NCBI GenBank assembly: GCA_965655095.1
Contig: OZ296655.1
Coordinates: 62,062,001 to 62,126,000 of the forward strand
Length of the DNA stretch: 64,000 nt
Direction: 5' to 3'
Origin: Haplodiscus bocki
Lineage: Eukaryota
How positions within the stretch are numbered: position 1 is the first letter of the stretch; each line of letters starts with the position of its first letter. Shown in pieces: positions 1 through 15,600 of the stretch. The notes under the pieces were generated by a model. That model was not told where the DNA came from, made no database searches, and worked only from the letters and a program-made list of their open reading frames with translations. The position numbers and the translations under genes were made by a program.

Positions 1-3000
1 CAACAGTTTCAACCCAAAAATTAATTTCGGACCAATTGCAAATTACAAATTTCAGACCAGAAATCATTTCCGTATCAATAATTAACAATTTCGGAACTAG
101 TTCAAACTTCGGACCAAAGACCACTTTCGGACCAGTTACAAAAATCGGACCGTTCAACAAACTCGGGCAAAAACCAACTTTGGACCAATCACAACTTTCA
201 CACAAAAGAACAGTTTCAAACTGAAAACATTTCCGGACCGATTATCAATTTTGGATCAATTAAAAATGACAGACTAAATCCTCATTTCGGACCAAATGCC
301 AATTGCAGATCAGACACCAGACTCACACAAATTATCAATTCCTGACTAATTACTAATTTCGGATCTAAATCCAACTTCGAACCAATGATCACTTTCGGAC
401 CGATTTTCAATTTCGGACCACTTACCATTTTCAGATCAAGCAATAAGTTCAGACCAATATCCCGTTTGGGACCGTAAACTAACTCCGGACCAATTACCTT
501 CGGACTAAATACCAAAATCGGAGAGAACAAAAATTTTGGGCTTTTTAGTCTTTTCGGACCAAAGAACTTTTAAAGACAGGTTACCAATTTCGGACCAAGT
601 ACCAATTTCGAATCAAGTATGTATTCAAAATCAAACACCAGTTTGGGACAAAAGCAAACTTCGGACCAATTAGTGGTTTTGGAGTCAAACCAGATGCGAA
701 TCATATACCAAGTTCGGATCAAGTAGCAAATTTCGGCTACGTAGCTTTTTCGGACCAATTACCATTTTGGGACCAGTTCCCATTTTCGGATCAAGGAAGA
801 AATTCAGACAAATCACCCATTTGGGAACAAAAAATGACTTCGGACCAAATACCCAATTAGGACTGCATATCTTTTTTGGACCGATTACCATTTTTGAACG
901 ACTTACCATTTCGGTCCAAACAATTTTTTTGGGCTATTCACATTATCCGGACCAATCAACAGTTTCAAAACAATTAACAGTATCATGCCAATTTCTTTTT
1001 TCGGACTAATTAAAAAATACCAGATTCAGACCAGCAACCATTTACGTGTTAATAATTAACAATTTCGGAACTAGTTCAAACTTCGGACCAAAGACCACTT
1101 TCGGACCAGTTACGAAAATCGGACAGTTCACCAAATTCGGGAAAAAACCAATTTCGGACCATTCACAATTTTCACACAAAAAAACAATTTCAAACTGAAA
1201 ACTTTTCCGGACCAATTACCAATTTTGGATCAAGTAACAAAGTCAGACTAAATCGAGAGTTTGGATTAAATACCGAATGCGGACCCAATCCTAAGTTCGG
1301 TCCAAATACCGGTTTGGGACTTACTTTCAATTTCGGATCGAAAACCATCTCGCAACCAAACCCCAGACTCTGAACAATTGCCAACTCCGGACTTTTTACT
1401 GATTTCGGATATATTTCCAACTTCGAACCACTGATCATTTTCGGACCGGTTATCATAATCGGACTAATTTACATTTTCAGATCAAGTAGTAACTTCAGAC
1501 CAATAACCCATTTGGGAACGAAAACTAACTTCAGACCAACTAGCGGTTTTGGAGTCAAGCCAATTGCGGATCAATTAGCAAGTTCGGATCAAACAACAGT
1601 TTTGGGCTACTTAATTTTTTCGGACCAATGACCACTTTGGGACCAGTTACTATTTTCGAATCAAGTAAGGATTTCCGACCAATCACCCATTTGGGAACAA
1701 AAATCGACTTCGGAGCGAATACCAAAAAAAGGATTGAATACCATTTCTGGACCAATTACCATTTCCGGAACAAATAACGCTTTCGGACCAAACAACAGTT
1801 TCAACCCAAAAATTAATTTCGGACCAATTGCAAATTACAAATTTCAGACCAGAAATCATTTCCGTATCAATAATTAACAATTTCGGAACTAGTTCAAACT
1901 TCGGACCAAAGACCACTTTCGGACCAGTTACAAAAATCGGACCGTTCAACAAACTCGGGCAAAAACCAACTTTGGACCAATCACAACTTTCACACAAAAG
2001 AACAGTTTCAAACTGAAAACATTTCCGGACCGATTATCAATTTTGGATCAATTAAAAATGACAGACTAAATCCTCATTTCGGACCAAATGCCAATTGCAG
2101 ATCAGACACCAGACTCACACAAATTATCAATTCCTGACTAATTACTAATTTCGGATCTAAATCCAACTTCGAACCAATGATCACTTTCGGACCGATTTTC
2201 AATTTCGGACCACTTACCATTTTCAGATCAAGCAATAAGTTCAGACCAATATCCCGTTTGGGACCGTAAACTAACTCCGGACCAATTACCTTCGGACTAA
2301 ATACCAAAATCGGAGAGAACAAAAATTTTGGGCTTTTTAGTCTTTTCGGACCAAAGAACTTTTAAAGACAGGTTACCAATTTCGGACCAAGTACCAATTT
2401 CGAATCAAGTATGTATTCAAAATCAAACACCAGTTTGGGACAAAAGCAAACTTCGGACCAATTAGTGGTTTTGGAGTCAAACCAGATGCGAATCATATAC
2501 CAAGTTCGGATCAAGTAGCAAATTTCGGCTACGTAGCTTTTTCGGACCAATTACCATTTTGGGACCAGTTCCCATTTTCGGATCAAGGAAGAAATTCAGA
2601 CAAATCACCCATTTGGGAACAAAAAATGACTTCGGACCAAATACCCAATTAGGACTGCATATCTTTTTTGGACCGATTACCATTTTTGAACGACTTACCA
2701 TTTCGGTCCAAACAATTTTTTTGGGCTATTCACATTATCCGGACCAATCAACAGTTTCAAAACAATTAACAGTATCATGCCAATTTCTTTTTTCGGACTA
2801 ATTAAAAAATACCAGATTCAGACCAGCAACCATTTACGTGTTAATAATTAACAATTTCGGAACTAGTTCAAACTTCGGACCAAAGACCACTTTCGGACCA
2901 GTTACGAAAATCGGACAGTTCACCAAATTCGGGAAAAAACCAATTTCGGACCATTCACAATTTTCACACAAAAAAACAATTTCAAACTGAAAACTTTTCC

Positions 3001-4700
3001 GGACCAATTACCAATTTTGGATCAAGTAACAAAGTCAGACTAAATCGAGAGTTTGGATTAAATACCGAATGCGGACCCAATCCTAAGTTCGGTCCAAATA
3101 CCGGTTTGGGACTTACTTTCAATTTCGGATCGAAAACCATCTCGCAACCAAACCCCAGACTCTGAACAATTGCCAACTCCGGACTTTTTACTGATTTCGG
3201 ATATATTTCCAACTTCGAACCACTGATCATTTTCGGACCGGTTATCATAATCGGACTAATTTACATTTTCAGATCAAGTAGTAACTTCAGACCAATAACC
3301 CATTTGGGAACGAAAACTAACTTCAGACCAACTAGCGGTTTTGGAGTCAAACCAATTGCGGATCAATTACCAAGTTCGGATCAAACAACAGTTTGGGGCT
3401 ACTTAATTTTTTCGGACCAATGACCACTTTGGGACCAGTTACTATTTTCGAATCAAGTAAGGCTTTCCGACCAATCACCCATTTGGGAACAAAAATCGAC
3501 TTCGGAGCGAATACCAAAAAAAGGATTGAATACCATTTCTGGACCAATTGCCATTTCCGGAACAAATAACACTTTCGGACCAAACAACAGTTTCAACCCA
3601 AAATATAATTTCGGACCAATTGCAAATTACAAATTTCAGACCAGAAACCATTTCCGTATCAATAATTAACAATTTCGGAACTAGTTCAAACTTCGGACCA
3701 AAGACTACTTTCGGACCAGTTACAAAAATCGGACCGTTCAACAAACTCGGGCAAAAACCAACTTTGGACCAATCACAACTTTCACACAAAAGAACAGTTT
3801 CAAACTGAAAACATTTCCGGACCGATTATCAATTTTGGATCAATTAAAAATGACAGACTAAATCCTCATTTCGGACCAAATGCCAATTGCAGATCAGACA
3901 ACAGACTCACACAAATTATCAATTCCTGACTAATTACTAATTTCGGATCTAAATCCAACTTCGAACCAATGATCATTTTCGGACCGGTTTTCAATTTCGG
4001 ACCACTTACCATTTTCAGATCAAGCAATAAGTTCAGACCAATATCCCGTTTGGGACCGTAAACTAACTCCGGACCAATTACCTTCGGACTAATTACCAAA
4101 AACAAAGAGAACAGCAATTTTGGGCTTTTTAGTCTTTTCGGACCAAAGAACCTTTAAACACAGGTGACCAATTTCGGACCAAGTACCAATTTCGAAGGAA
4201 CTATATATTCAAAATCAAACACCAGTTTGGGACAAAAGCAAACTTCGGACCAATTAGCGGTTTTGGAGTCAAACCAGGTGCGAATCATATACCAAGTTCG
4301 GATCAAATAGCAAATTTCGGCTACGTAGTTTTTTCGGACCAATTACCATTTTGGGACCAGTTCCCATTTTCGGACCAAGTAAGAAATTCAGACAAATCAC
4401 CCATTTGGGAACAAAAAATGACTTCGGACCAAAAACCCAATTAGGACTGAATATCATTTTTCGACCAATTACCATTTTGGAACGACTTACCATTTCGGTC
4501 CAAACATTTTTTTTGGGCTGTGCACATTATCCCGACCAATCAACAGTTTCAAAACATTTAACAGTATCATGCCAATTTTTTTCTCGGACTACTCACAAAT
4601 TACCAAATTCAGACCAAAAACCAATTTCGTATTAATTAAAAATTTCGGATCTAGTTCAAAATTCGGTTCAAAGAACACTTTCGGACCAGTTACGAAAATC
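1..4700. repeat. 1792-bp higher-order repeat, ~2.6 copies (974+818 bp subunits)
   Basis: ORFs 36/1828, 282/2074/3866 and 570/2362/4154 are offset by exactly 1792. The first two copies are nearly identical. Confidence 0.92.
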
Positions 4701-7700
4701 GGACTGTTCACCAAATTCGGGCAAAAACCAATTTCGGACCATTCACGATATTCACACAAAAAAACAGTTTCAAACTGAAAACCTTTTCCGGACCAATTAC
4801 CATTTTTGGATCAAGTAACAAAGTCAGACTAAATCTTAAGTTTGAATTAAATACCGAATGCGGACCAAATCCTAAGTTCGGTCCAAAAGCCAGTTTGGGA
4901 CTTACTTTCAATCTCGGACCAAAAACCATTTCCCAACCAAACCTCAGACTCCGAACAACTGCCAACTCCGGACTATTTACTAATTTCGGATCTAATTCAA
5001 ACTTCGAACCAATGATCACTTTCGAACCGGTTATCATAATAGGACCAATTTACATTTTCAGATCAAGTAATAATTTCAGACCAATAACCCATTTGGGACC
5101 GAAAACTAACTTCATACCATTTACCAATTTCAGACTAAATACGAAAACTGGGCCGAACAACAATATTGGGCTGTTTATTCTCTTCGGACCAAAGAACATT
5201 TACAGACAGGTTACCAAACTCGGAACAAGTACCGATTTCGAATCAAGTATAAATTTAAAATCAAACACCCATTTGGGACAAAATCAAACTTCGGACCAAC
5301 TAGCGGTTTTGGAGTCAAACCAATTGCGGATCAATTACCAAGTTCGGATCAAACAACAGTTTTGGGCTACCTAATTTTTTCGGACCAATGACCATTTTGG
5401 GACCAGTTACCATTTTCGAATCAAGTAAGAAATTAAGACCAATCACCCATTTGGGAACAAAAACCGACTTCGGAGCATATACCAAAAAAGGATTGAATAC
5501 GATTTCTGGACTAATTACCAATTCCGGAACAAATAACAATTTCGGACCAAACAACAGTTTCAACCCAAAAATTGATTTCGGACCAATTGCAAATTACAAA
5601 TTTCAGACCAGAAATCATTTCCGTATCAATAAATAACAATTTCGGAACTAGTTCAAACTTTGGACCAAAGATCATTTTTGGACCAGTTACGAAAATCGGA
5701 CCGTTCACCAAATTCGGGCAAAAACCAATTTCGGACCATTCACGATATTCACACAAAAAAACAGTTTCAAACTGAAAACCTTTTCCGGACCACTTACCAT
5801 TTTTGGATCAAGTAACAAAGTCAGACTAAATCTTAAGTTTGAATTAAATACCGAATGCGGACCAAATCCTAAGTTCGGTCCAAAAGCCAGTTTGGGACTT
5901 ACTTTCAATCTCGGACCAAAAACCATTTCCCAACCAAACCTCAGACTCCGAACAACTGCCAACTCCGGACTATTTACTAATTTCGGATCTAATTCAAACT
6001 TCGAACCACTGATCATTTTCGGACCGGTTATCATAATAGGACCAATTTACATTTTCAGATCAAGTAATAATTTCAGACCAATAACCCATTTGGGACCGAA
6101 AACTAACTTCATACCATTTACCAATTTCAGACTAAATACGAAAACTGGGCCGAACAACAATATTGGGCTGTTTATTCTCTTCGGACCAAAGAACATTTAC
6201 AGACAGGTTACCAAACTCGGAACAAGTACCGATTTCGAATCAAGTATAAATTTAAAATCAAACACTCATTTGGGACAAAATCAAACTTCGGACCAACTAG
6301 CGGTTTTGGAGTCAAACCAATTGCGGATCAATTACCAAGTTCGGATCAAACAACAGTTTTGGGCTACCTAATTTTTTCGGACCAATGACCATTTTGGGAC
6401 CAGTTACCATTTTCGAATCAAGTAAGAAATTAAGACCAATCACCCATTTGGGAGCAAAAACCGACTTCGGAGCATATACCAAAAAAGGATTGGATACCAT
6501 TTCTGGACCAATTACCATTTTTGAACGACTTACCATTTCGGTCCAAACAAATTTTTGGGCTATTCACATTATTCGGACCAATCAACAGTTTCAAAACAAT
6601 TAACAGTATCATGCCAATTTCTTCTTCGGACTAATTAAAAAACACCAGATTGAGACAAGAAACCATTTCCGTATCAATAATTAACATTTTCGGAACTGGT
6701 TCAAACTTCGGACCAAAGACCATTTTCGGACCAGTTACGATAATCGGACCGTTCAACAAATTCGGGCAAAAACCAATTTTGGACCAATCACAATTTTCAC
6801 ACAAAAGAACAGTTTCAAACTGAAAACATTTCCGGACCGATTACGAATTTTGGATCAATTACAAATGTCAGACTAAATCCTAATTTCGGACCAAATGCCA
6901 ATTGCGGATCAAACACCAGACTCAGACCAAATATCAATTCCGGACTAATTACTAATTTCGGATCTAAATCCAACTTCGAACCAATGATCACTTTCGGACC
7001 GGTTGTCAATTTCGGACCACTTACCATTTTCAGATCAAGCAATAAGTTCAGACCAATATCCCGTTTGGGACCGTAAACTAACTCCGGACCAATTACCTTC
7101 GGACTAAATACCAAAATCGGAGAGAACAACAATTTTGGGCTTTTTAGTCTTTTCGGACCAAAGAACTTTTAAAGACAGGTTACCAATTCCGGACCAAGTA
7201 CCAATTTCGAATGAACTATATATTCAAAATCAAGCACCAGTTTGGGACAAAAGCAAACCTCGGACCAATTAGCGGTTTTGGAGTCAAACCAGATACGAAT
7301 CATATACCAAGTTCGGATCAAGCAGCAACTTTCGGCTACGTAGTTTTTTCGGACCAATTACCATTTTGGGACCAGTTCCCATTTTCGGATCAAGTAAGAA
7401 ATTCAGACAAATCACCCATTTGGGAACAAAAAATGACTTCGGACCAAATACCCAATTAGGACTGAATATCATTTCTCGACCAATTACCATTTTTGAACGA
7501 CTTACCAATTCGGTCCAAACATTTTTTTTGGGCTGTGCACATTATCCCGACCAATCAATAGTTTCAAAACAATTAACAGTATCATGCCAATTTTTTTTTC
7601 GGACTAATTAAAAAATACCAGATTCAGACCAGCAACCATTTACGTATTAATAATTAACAATTTCGGAACTAGTTCAAACTTCGGACCAAAGACCACTTTC

Positions 7701-10700
7701 GGACCAGTTACGAAAATTGGACAGTTCACCAAATTCGGGCAAAAACCAAATTCGGACCATTCACAATTTTCACACAAAAAAACAGTTTCAAACTGAAAAC
7801 CTTTTCCGGACCAATTACCAATTTTGGATCAATTAACAAAGTCAGACTAAATCGAGAGTTTGGATTAAATACCGAATGCGGACCAAATCCTAAGTTCGGT
7901 CCAAATACCGGTTTGGGACTTACTTTCAATTTCGGATCAAAATCCATTTCCCAACCAAACCCCAGACTCTGAACAATTGCCAACTCCGGACTTTTTACTG
8001 ACTTCGGATCTATTTCCAACTTCGAACCACTGATCCTTTTCGGGCCGGTTATCATAATCGGACTCATTTACATTTTCAGATCAAGTAGTAACTTCAGACC
8101 AATAACCCATTTGGGAACGAAAACTAACTTCAGACCAACTAGCGGTTTTGGAGTCAAACCAATTGCGGATCAATTACCAAGTTCGGATCAAACAACAGTT
8201 TTTGGCTACTTAAATTTTTCGGACCAATGACCACTTTGGGACCAGTTACTATTTTCGAATCAAGTAAGGATTTCCGACCAATCACCCATTTGAGAACAAA
8301 AACCGACTTCGGAGCGAATACCAAAAAAAGGATTGAATACCATTTCCGGACCAATTACCATTTCCGGAACAAATAACACTTTCGGACCAAACAACAGTTT
8401 CAAACCAAAAATTAATTTCGGACCAATTGCAAATTACAAATTTCAGACCGTAAACCATTTCCGTATCAATAATTAACAATTTCAAAACTACTTCAAACTT
8501 CGGACCAAAGACCTTTTTCGGACCAGTTACAAAAATCGGACCGTTCAACAAACTCGGGCAAAAACCATTTTTAGAGCAATCACAACTTTCACACAAAAGA
8601 ACAGTTTCAAACTGGAAACATTTCCGGACCGATTACCAATTTTGGATCAATTAAAAATGACAGACTAAATCCTAATTTCGGACCAAATGCCAGTTGCAGA
8701 TCAAACACCAGACTCAGACCAAATATCAGTTCCGGACTAAATACTAATTTCGGATCTAAATCCAACTTCGAACCAATGATCACTTTCGGACCGATTTTCA
8801 ATTTCGGACCACTTACCATTTTCAGATCAAGCAATAAGTTCAGACCAATATCCCGTTTGGGACCGTAAACTAACTCCGGACCAATTACCTTCGGACTAAA
8901 TACCAAAATCGGAGAGAACAACAATTTTGGGCTTTTTAGTCTTTTCGGACCAAAGAACTTTTAAAGACAGGTTACCAATTCCGGACCAAGTACCAATTTC
9001 GAATGAACTATATATTCAAAATCAAGCACCAGTTTGGGACAAAAGCAAACCTCGGACCAATTAGCGGTTTTGGAGTCAAACCAGATACGAATCATATACC
9101 AAGTTCGGATCAAGCAGCAACTTTCGGCTACGTAGTTTTTTCGGACCAATTACCATTTTGGGACCAGTTCCCATTTTCGGATCAAGTAAGAAATTCAGAC
9201 AAATCACCCATTTGGGAACAAAAAATGACTTCGGACCAAATACCCAATTAGGACTGAATATCATTTCTCGACCAATTACCATTTTTGAACGACTTACCAA
9301 TTCGGTCCAAACATTTTTTTTGGGCTGTGCACATTATCCCGACCAATCAACAGTTTCAAAACATATAACAGTATCATGCCAATTTTTTTTCTCGGACTAC
9401 TCACAAATTAACAAATTCAGACCAAAAACCAATTTCGTATTTATTAACAATTTCGGATCTAGTTCAAACTTCGGTTCAAAGACCACTTTTGGACCAGTTA
9501 CGAAAATTGGACCGTTCACCAAATTCGGGCAAAAACCAATTTCGGACCATTCACATTTTTCACTCAAAAGAACAGTTCCAAACTGAAAACACTTTCCGGA
9601 CCACCTAAGGATTTTGGATCAAGTAACAAAGTCAAACTAAATCGTATGTTTGGATTAAATACCGAATGCGGACCAAATCCTAGGTTCGGACCAAATACCA
9701 GTTTGGGACTTATTTTCAATTTCGGACCAAAAACCATTTCCCTACCAAACCCCAGACTCTGAACAATTGTCAACTCCGGACTTTTTAATAATTTCGGATC
9801 TATTTCCAACTTCGAACCACTGATCATTTTCGGACCGGTTATCATAATCGGAGCATTTTACATTTTCAGATCAAGCAATAAGTTCAGACCAATAACCCAT
9901 TCGGGACCGAAAACTATTTTCAGACCAATTACCATTTTCGGACTAAATACCAAAAATCGGCCGAACAACAATATTGGGCTGTTTATTCTCTTCGGACCAA
10001 AGAACATTTACAGACAGTTTACCAAACTCAGACCAAGTACCGATTTCGAATCAAGTATAAATTTAAAATCAAACACCCATTTGGGACAAAAACAAACTTC
10101 GGACCAACTAGCGGTTTTGGAGTCAAACCAATTGCGGATCAATTACCAAGATCGGATCAAACGACAGTTTTTGGCTACTTAATTTTTTCGGACCAATGAC
10201 CATTTTGGGACCAGTTACCATTCTGGAATCAAGTAGGAATTTCAGACCAATCACCCATTTGGGGACAAAAACCGACTTCGGAGCAAATTCCAAAAAAGGA
10301 TTGAATACGATTTCTGGACTAATTACCAATTCCGGAACAAATAACAATTTCGGACCAAACAACAGTTTCAACCCAAAAATTAATTTCGGACCAATTGCAA
10401 ATTACAAATTTCAGACCAGAAACCATTTCCTTATCAATAAATAACAATTTCGGAACTAGTTCAAACTTCGGACCAAAGATCATTTTTGGACCAGTTACGA
10501 AAATCGGACCGTTCACCAAATTCGGGCAAAAACCAATTTCGGACCATTCACAGTTTTCACACGAATTACAATTTCAAACTGAAAACACTTTCCGGAGCAA
10601 TTACGGATTTTGGATCAAGTAACAAAGTCAGACTAAATCGTATGTTTGGATTAAATACCGAATGCGGACCAAATCCTAAGTTCGGTCCAAATACCGGTTT

Positions 10701-12609
10701 GGGACTTACTTTCAATTTCGGATCAAAATCCATTTCCCAACCAAACCCCAGACTCTGAACAATTGCCAACTCCGACTTTTTACTGACTTCGGATCTATTT
10801 CCAACTTCGAACCACTGATCCTTTTCGGGCCGGTTATCAAAATCGGACTCATTTACATTTTCAGATCAAGTAGTAACTTCAGACCAATAACCCATTTGGG
10901 AACGAAAACTAACTCCGGACCAATTACCTTCGGACTAAATACCAAAATCGGAGAGAACAACAATTTTGGGCTTTTTAGTCTTTTCGGACCAAAGAACTTT
11001 TAAAGACAGGTTACCAATTCCGGACCAAGTACCAATTTCGAATGAACTATATATTCAAAATCAAGCACCAGTTTGGGACAAAAGCAAACCTCGGACCAAT
11101 TAGCGGTTTTGGAGTCAAACCAGATACGAATCATATACCAAGTTCGGATCAAGCAGCAACTTTCGGCTACGTAGTTTTTTCGGACCAATTACCATTTTGG
11201 GACCAGTTCCCATTTTCGGATCAAGTAAGAAATTCAGACAAATCACCCATTTGGGAACAAAAAATGACTTCGGACCAAATACCCAATTAGGACTGAATAT
11301 CATTTCTCGACCAATTACCATTTTTGAACGACTTACCAATTCGGTCCAAACATTTTTTTTGGGCTGTGCACATTATCCCGACCAATCAACAGTTTCAAAA
11401 CATATAACAGTATCATGCCAATTTTTTTTCTCGGACTACTCACAAATTAACAAATTCAGACCAAAAACCAATTTCGTATTTATTAACAATTTCGGATCTA
11501 GTTCAAACTTCGGTTCAAAGACCACTTTTGGACCAGTTACGAAAATTGGACCGTTCACCAAATTCGGGCAAAAACCAATTTCGGACCATTCACATTTTTC
11601 ACTCAAAAGAACAGTTCCAAACTGAAAACACTTTCCGGACCACCTAAGGATTTTGGATCAAGTAACAAAGTCAAACTAAATCGTATGTTTGGATTAAATA
11701 CCGAATGCGGACCAAATCCTAGGTTCGGACCAAATACCGGTTTGGGACTTACTTTCAATTTCGGATCAAAATCCATTTCCCAACCAAACCCCAGACTCTG
11801 AACAATTGCCAACTCCGACTTTTTACTGACTTCGGATCTATTTCCAACTTCGAACCACTGATCCTTTTCGGACCGGTTATCATAATCGGAGCATTTTACA
11901 TTTTCAGATCAAGCAATAAGTTCAGACCAATAACCCATTTGGGACCGAAAACTATTTTCAGACCAATTACCATTTTCGGACTAAATACCAAAAATCGGCC
12001 GAACAACAATATTGGGCTGTTTATTCTCTTCGGACCAAAGAACATTTACAGACAGTTTACCAAACTCAGACCAAGTACCGATTTCGAATCAAGTATAAAT
12101 TTAAAATCAAACACCCATTTGGGACAAAAACAAACTTCGGACCAACTAGCGGTTTTGGAGTCAAACCAATTGCGGATCAATTACCAAGATCGGATCAAAC
12201 GACAGTTTTTGGCTACTTAATTTTTTCGGACCAATGACCATTTTGGGACCAGTTACCATTCTGGAATCAAGTAGGAATTTCAGACCAATCACCCATTTGG
12301 GGACAAAAACCGACTTCGGAGCAAATTCCAAAAAAGGATTGAATACGATTTCTGGACTAATTACCAATTCCGGAACAAATAACAATTTCGGACCAAACAA
12401 CAGTTTCAACCCAAAAATTAATTTCGGACCAATTGCAAATTACAAATTTCAGACCAGAAACCATTTCCTTATCAATAAATAACAATTTCGGAACTAGTTC
12501 AAACTTCGGACCAAAGATCATTTTTGGACCAGTTACGAAAATCGGACCGTTCACCAAATTCGGGCAAAAACCAATTTCGGACCATTCACAGTTTTCACAC
12601 GAATTACAA

Positions 12610-15600
12610 TTTCAAACTGAAAACACTTTCCGGAGCAATTACGGATTTTGGATCAAGTAACAAAGTCAGACTAAATCGTATGTTTGGATTAAATACCGAA
12701 TGCGGACCAAATCCTAAGTTCGGTCCAAATACCGGTTTGGGACTTACTTTCAATTTCGGATCAAAATCCATTTCCCAACCAAACCCCAGACTCTGAACAA
12801 TTGCCAACTCCGACTTTTTACTGACTTCGGATCTATTTCCAACTTCGAACCACTGATCCTTTTCGGGCCGGTTATCAAAATCGGACTCATTTACATTTTC
12901 AGATCAAGTAGTAACTTCAGACCAATAACCCATTTGGGAACGAAAACTAACTTCAGACCAACTAGCGGTTTTGGAGTCAAACCAATTGCGGATCAATTAC
13001 CAAGTTCGGATCAAACAACAGTTTTTGGCTACTTAAATTTTTCGGACCAATGACCACTTTGGGACCAGTTACTATTTTCGAATCAAGTAAGGATTTCCGA
13101 CCAATCACCCATTTGAGAACAAGAACCGACTTCGGAGCGAATACCAAAAAAAGGATTGAATACCATTTCCGGACCAATTACCATTTCCGGAACAAATAAC
13201 ACTTTCGGACCAAACAACAGTTTCAAACCAAAAATTAATTTCGGACCAATTGCAAATTACAAATTTCAGACCGTAAACCATTTCCGTATCAATAATTAAC
13301 AATTTCGGAACTAGTTCAAACTTCGGACCAAAGACCACTTTCGGACCAGTTACAAAAATCGGACCGTTCAACAAACTCGGGCAAAAACCATTTTTAGAGC
13401 AATCACAACTTTCACACAAAAGAACAGCTTCAAACTGGAAACATTTCCGGACCGATTACCAATTTTGGATCTATTAAAAATGACAGACTAAATCCTAATT
13501 TCGGACCAAATGCCAGTTGCAGATCAAACACCAGACTCAGACCAAATATCAATTCCGGACTAAATACTAATTTCGGATCTAAATCCAACCTCGAACCAAT
13601 GATCACTTTCGGACCGATTTTCAATTTCGGACCACTTACCATTTTCAGATCAAGCAATAAGTTCAGACCAATATCCCGTTTGGGACCGTAAACTAACTCC
13701 GGACCAATTACCTTCGGACTAAATACCAAAATCGGAGAGAACAACAATTTTGGGCTTTTTAGTCTTTTCGGACCAAAGAACTTTTAAAGACAGGTTACCA
13801 ATTTCGGACCAAGTACCAATTTCGAATGAACTATATATTCAAAATCAAGCACCAGTTTGGGACAAAAGCAAACCTCGGACCAATTAGCGGTTTTGGAGTC
13901 AAACCAGATACGAATCATATACCAAGTTCGGATCAAGCAGCAACTTTCGGCTACGTAGTTTTTTCGGACCAATTACCATTTTGGGACCAGTTCCCATTTT
14001 CGGATCAAGTAAGAAATTCAGACAAATCACCCATTTGGGAACAAAAAATGACTTCGGACCAAATACCCAATTAGGACTGAATATCATTTCTCGACCAATT
14101 ACCATTTTTGAACGACTTACCAATTCGGTCCAAACATTTTTTTTGGGCTGTGCACATTATCCCGACCAATCAATAGTTTCAAAACAATTAACAGTATCAT
14201 GCCAATTTTTTTTTCGGACTAATTAAAAAATACCAGATTCAGACCAGCAACCATTTACGTATTAATAATTAACAATTTCGGAACTAGTTCAAACTTCGGA
14301 CCAAAGACCACTTTCGGACCAGTTACGAAAATTGGACAGTTCACCAAATTCGGGCAAAAACCAAATTCGGACCATTCACAATTTTCACACAAAAAAACAG
14401 TTTCAAACTGAAAACCTTTTCCGGACCAATTACCAATTTTGGATCAATTAACAAAGTCAGACTAAATCGAGAGTTTGGAATAAATACCGAATGCGGACCA
14501 AATCCTAAGTTCGGTCCAAATACCGGTTTGGGACTTACTTTCAATTTCGGATCAAAATCCATTTCCCAACCAAACCCCAGACTCTGAACAATTGCCAACT
14601 CCGGACTTTTTACTGACTTCGGATCTATTTCCAACTTCGAACCACTGATCCTTTTCGGGCCGGTTATCATAATCGGACTCATTTACATTTTCAGATCAAG
14701 TAGTAACTTCAGACCAATAACCCATTTGGGAACGAAAACTAACTTCAGACCAACTAGCGGTTTTGGAGTCAAACCAATTGCGGATCAATTACCAAGTTCG
14801 GATCAAACAACAGTTTTTGGCTACTTAAATTTTTCGGACCAATGACCACTTTGGGACCAGTTACTATTTTCGAATCAAGTAAGGATTTCCGACCAATCAC
14901 CCATTTGAGAACAAAAACCGACTTCGGAGCGAATACCAAAAAAAGGATTGAATACCATTTCCGGACCAATTACCATTTCCGGAACAAATAACACTTTCGG
15001 ACCAAACAACAGTTTCAAACCAAAAATTAATTTCGGACCAATTGCAAATTACAAATTTCAGACCGTAAACCATTTCCGTATCAATAATTAACAATTTCAA
15101 AACTACTTCAAACTTCGGACCAAAGACCTTTTTCGGACCAGTTACAAAAATCGGACCGTTCAACAAACTCGGGCAAAAACCATTTTGAGAGCAATCACAA
15201 CTTTCACACAAAAGAACAGTTTCAAACTGGAAACATTTCCGGACCGATTACCAATTTTGGATCAATTAAAAATGACAGACTAAATCCTAATTTCGGACCA
15301 AATGCCAGTTGCAGATCAAACACCAGACTCAGACCAAATATCAATTCCGGACTAAATACTAATTTCGGATCTAAATCCAACCTCGAACCAATGATCACTT
15401 TCGGACCGATTTTCAATTTCGGACCACTTACCATTTTCAGATCAAGCAATAAGTTCAGACCAATATCCCGTTTGGGACCGTAAACTAACTCCGGACCAAT
15501 TACCTTCGGACTAAATACCAAAATCGGAGAGAACAACAATTTTGGGCTTTTTAGTCTTTTCGGACCAAAGAACTTTTAAAGACAGGTTACCAATTTCGGA

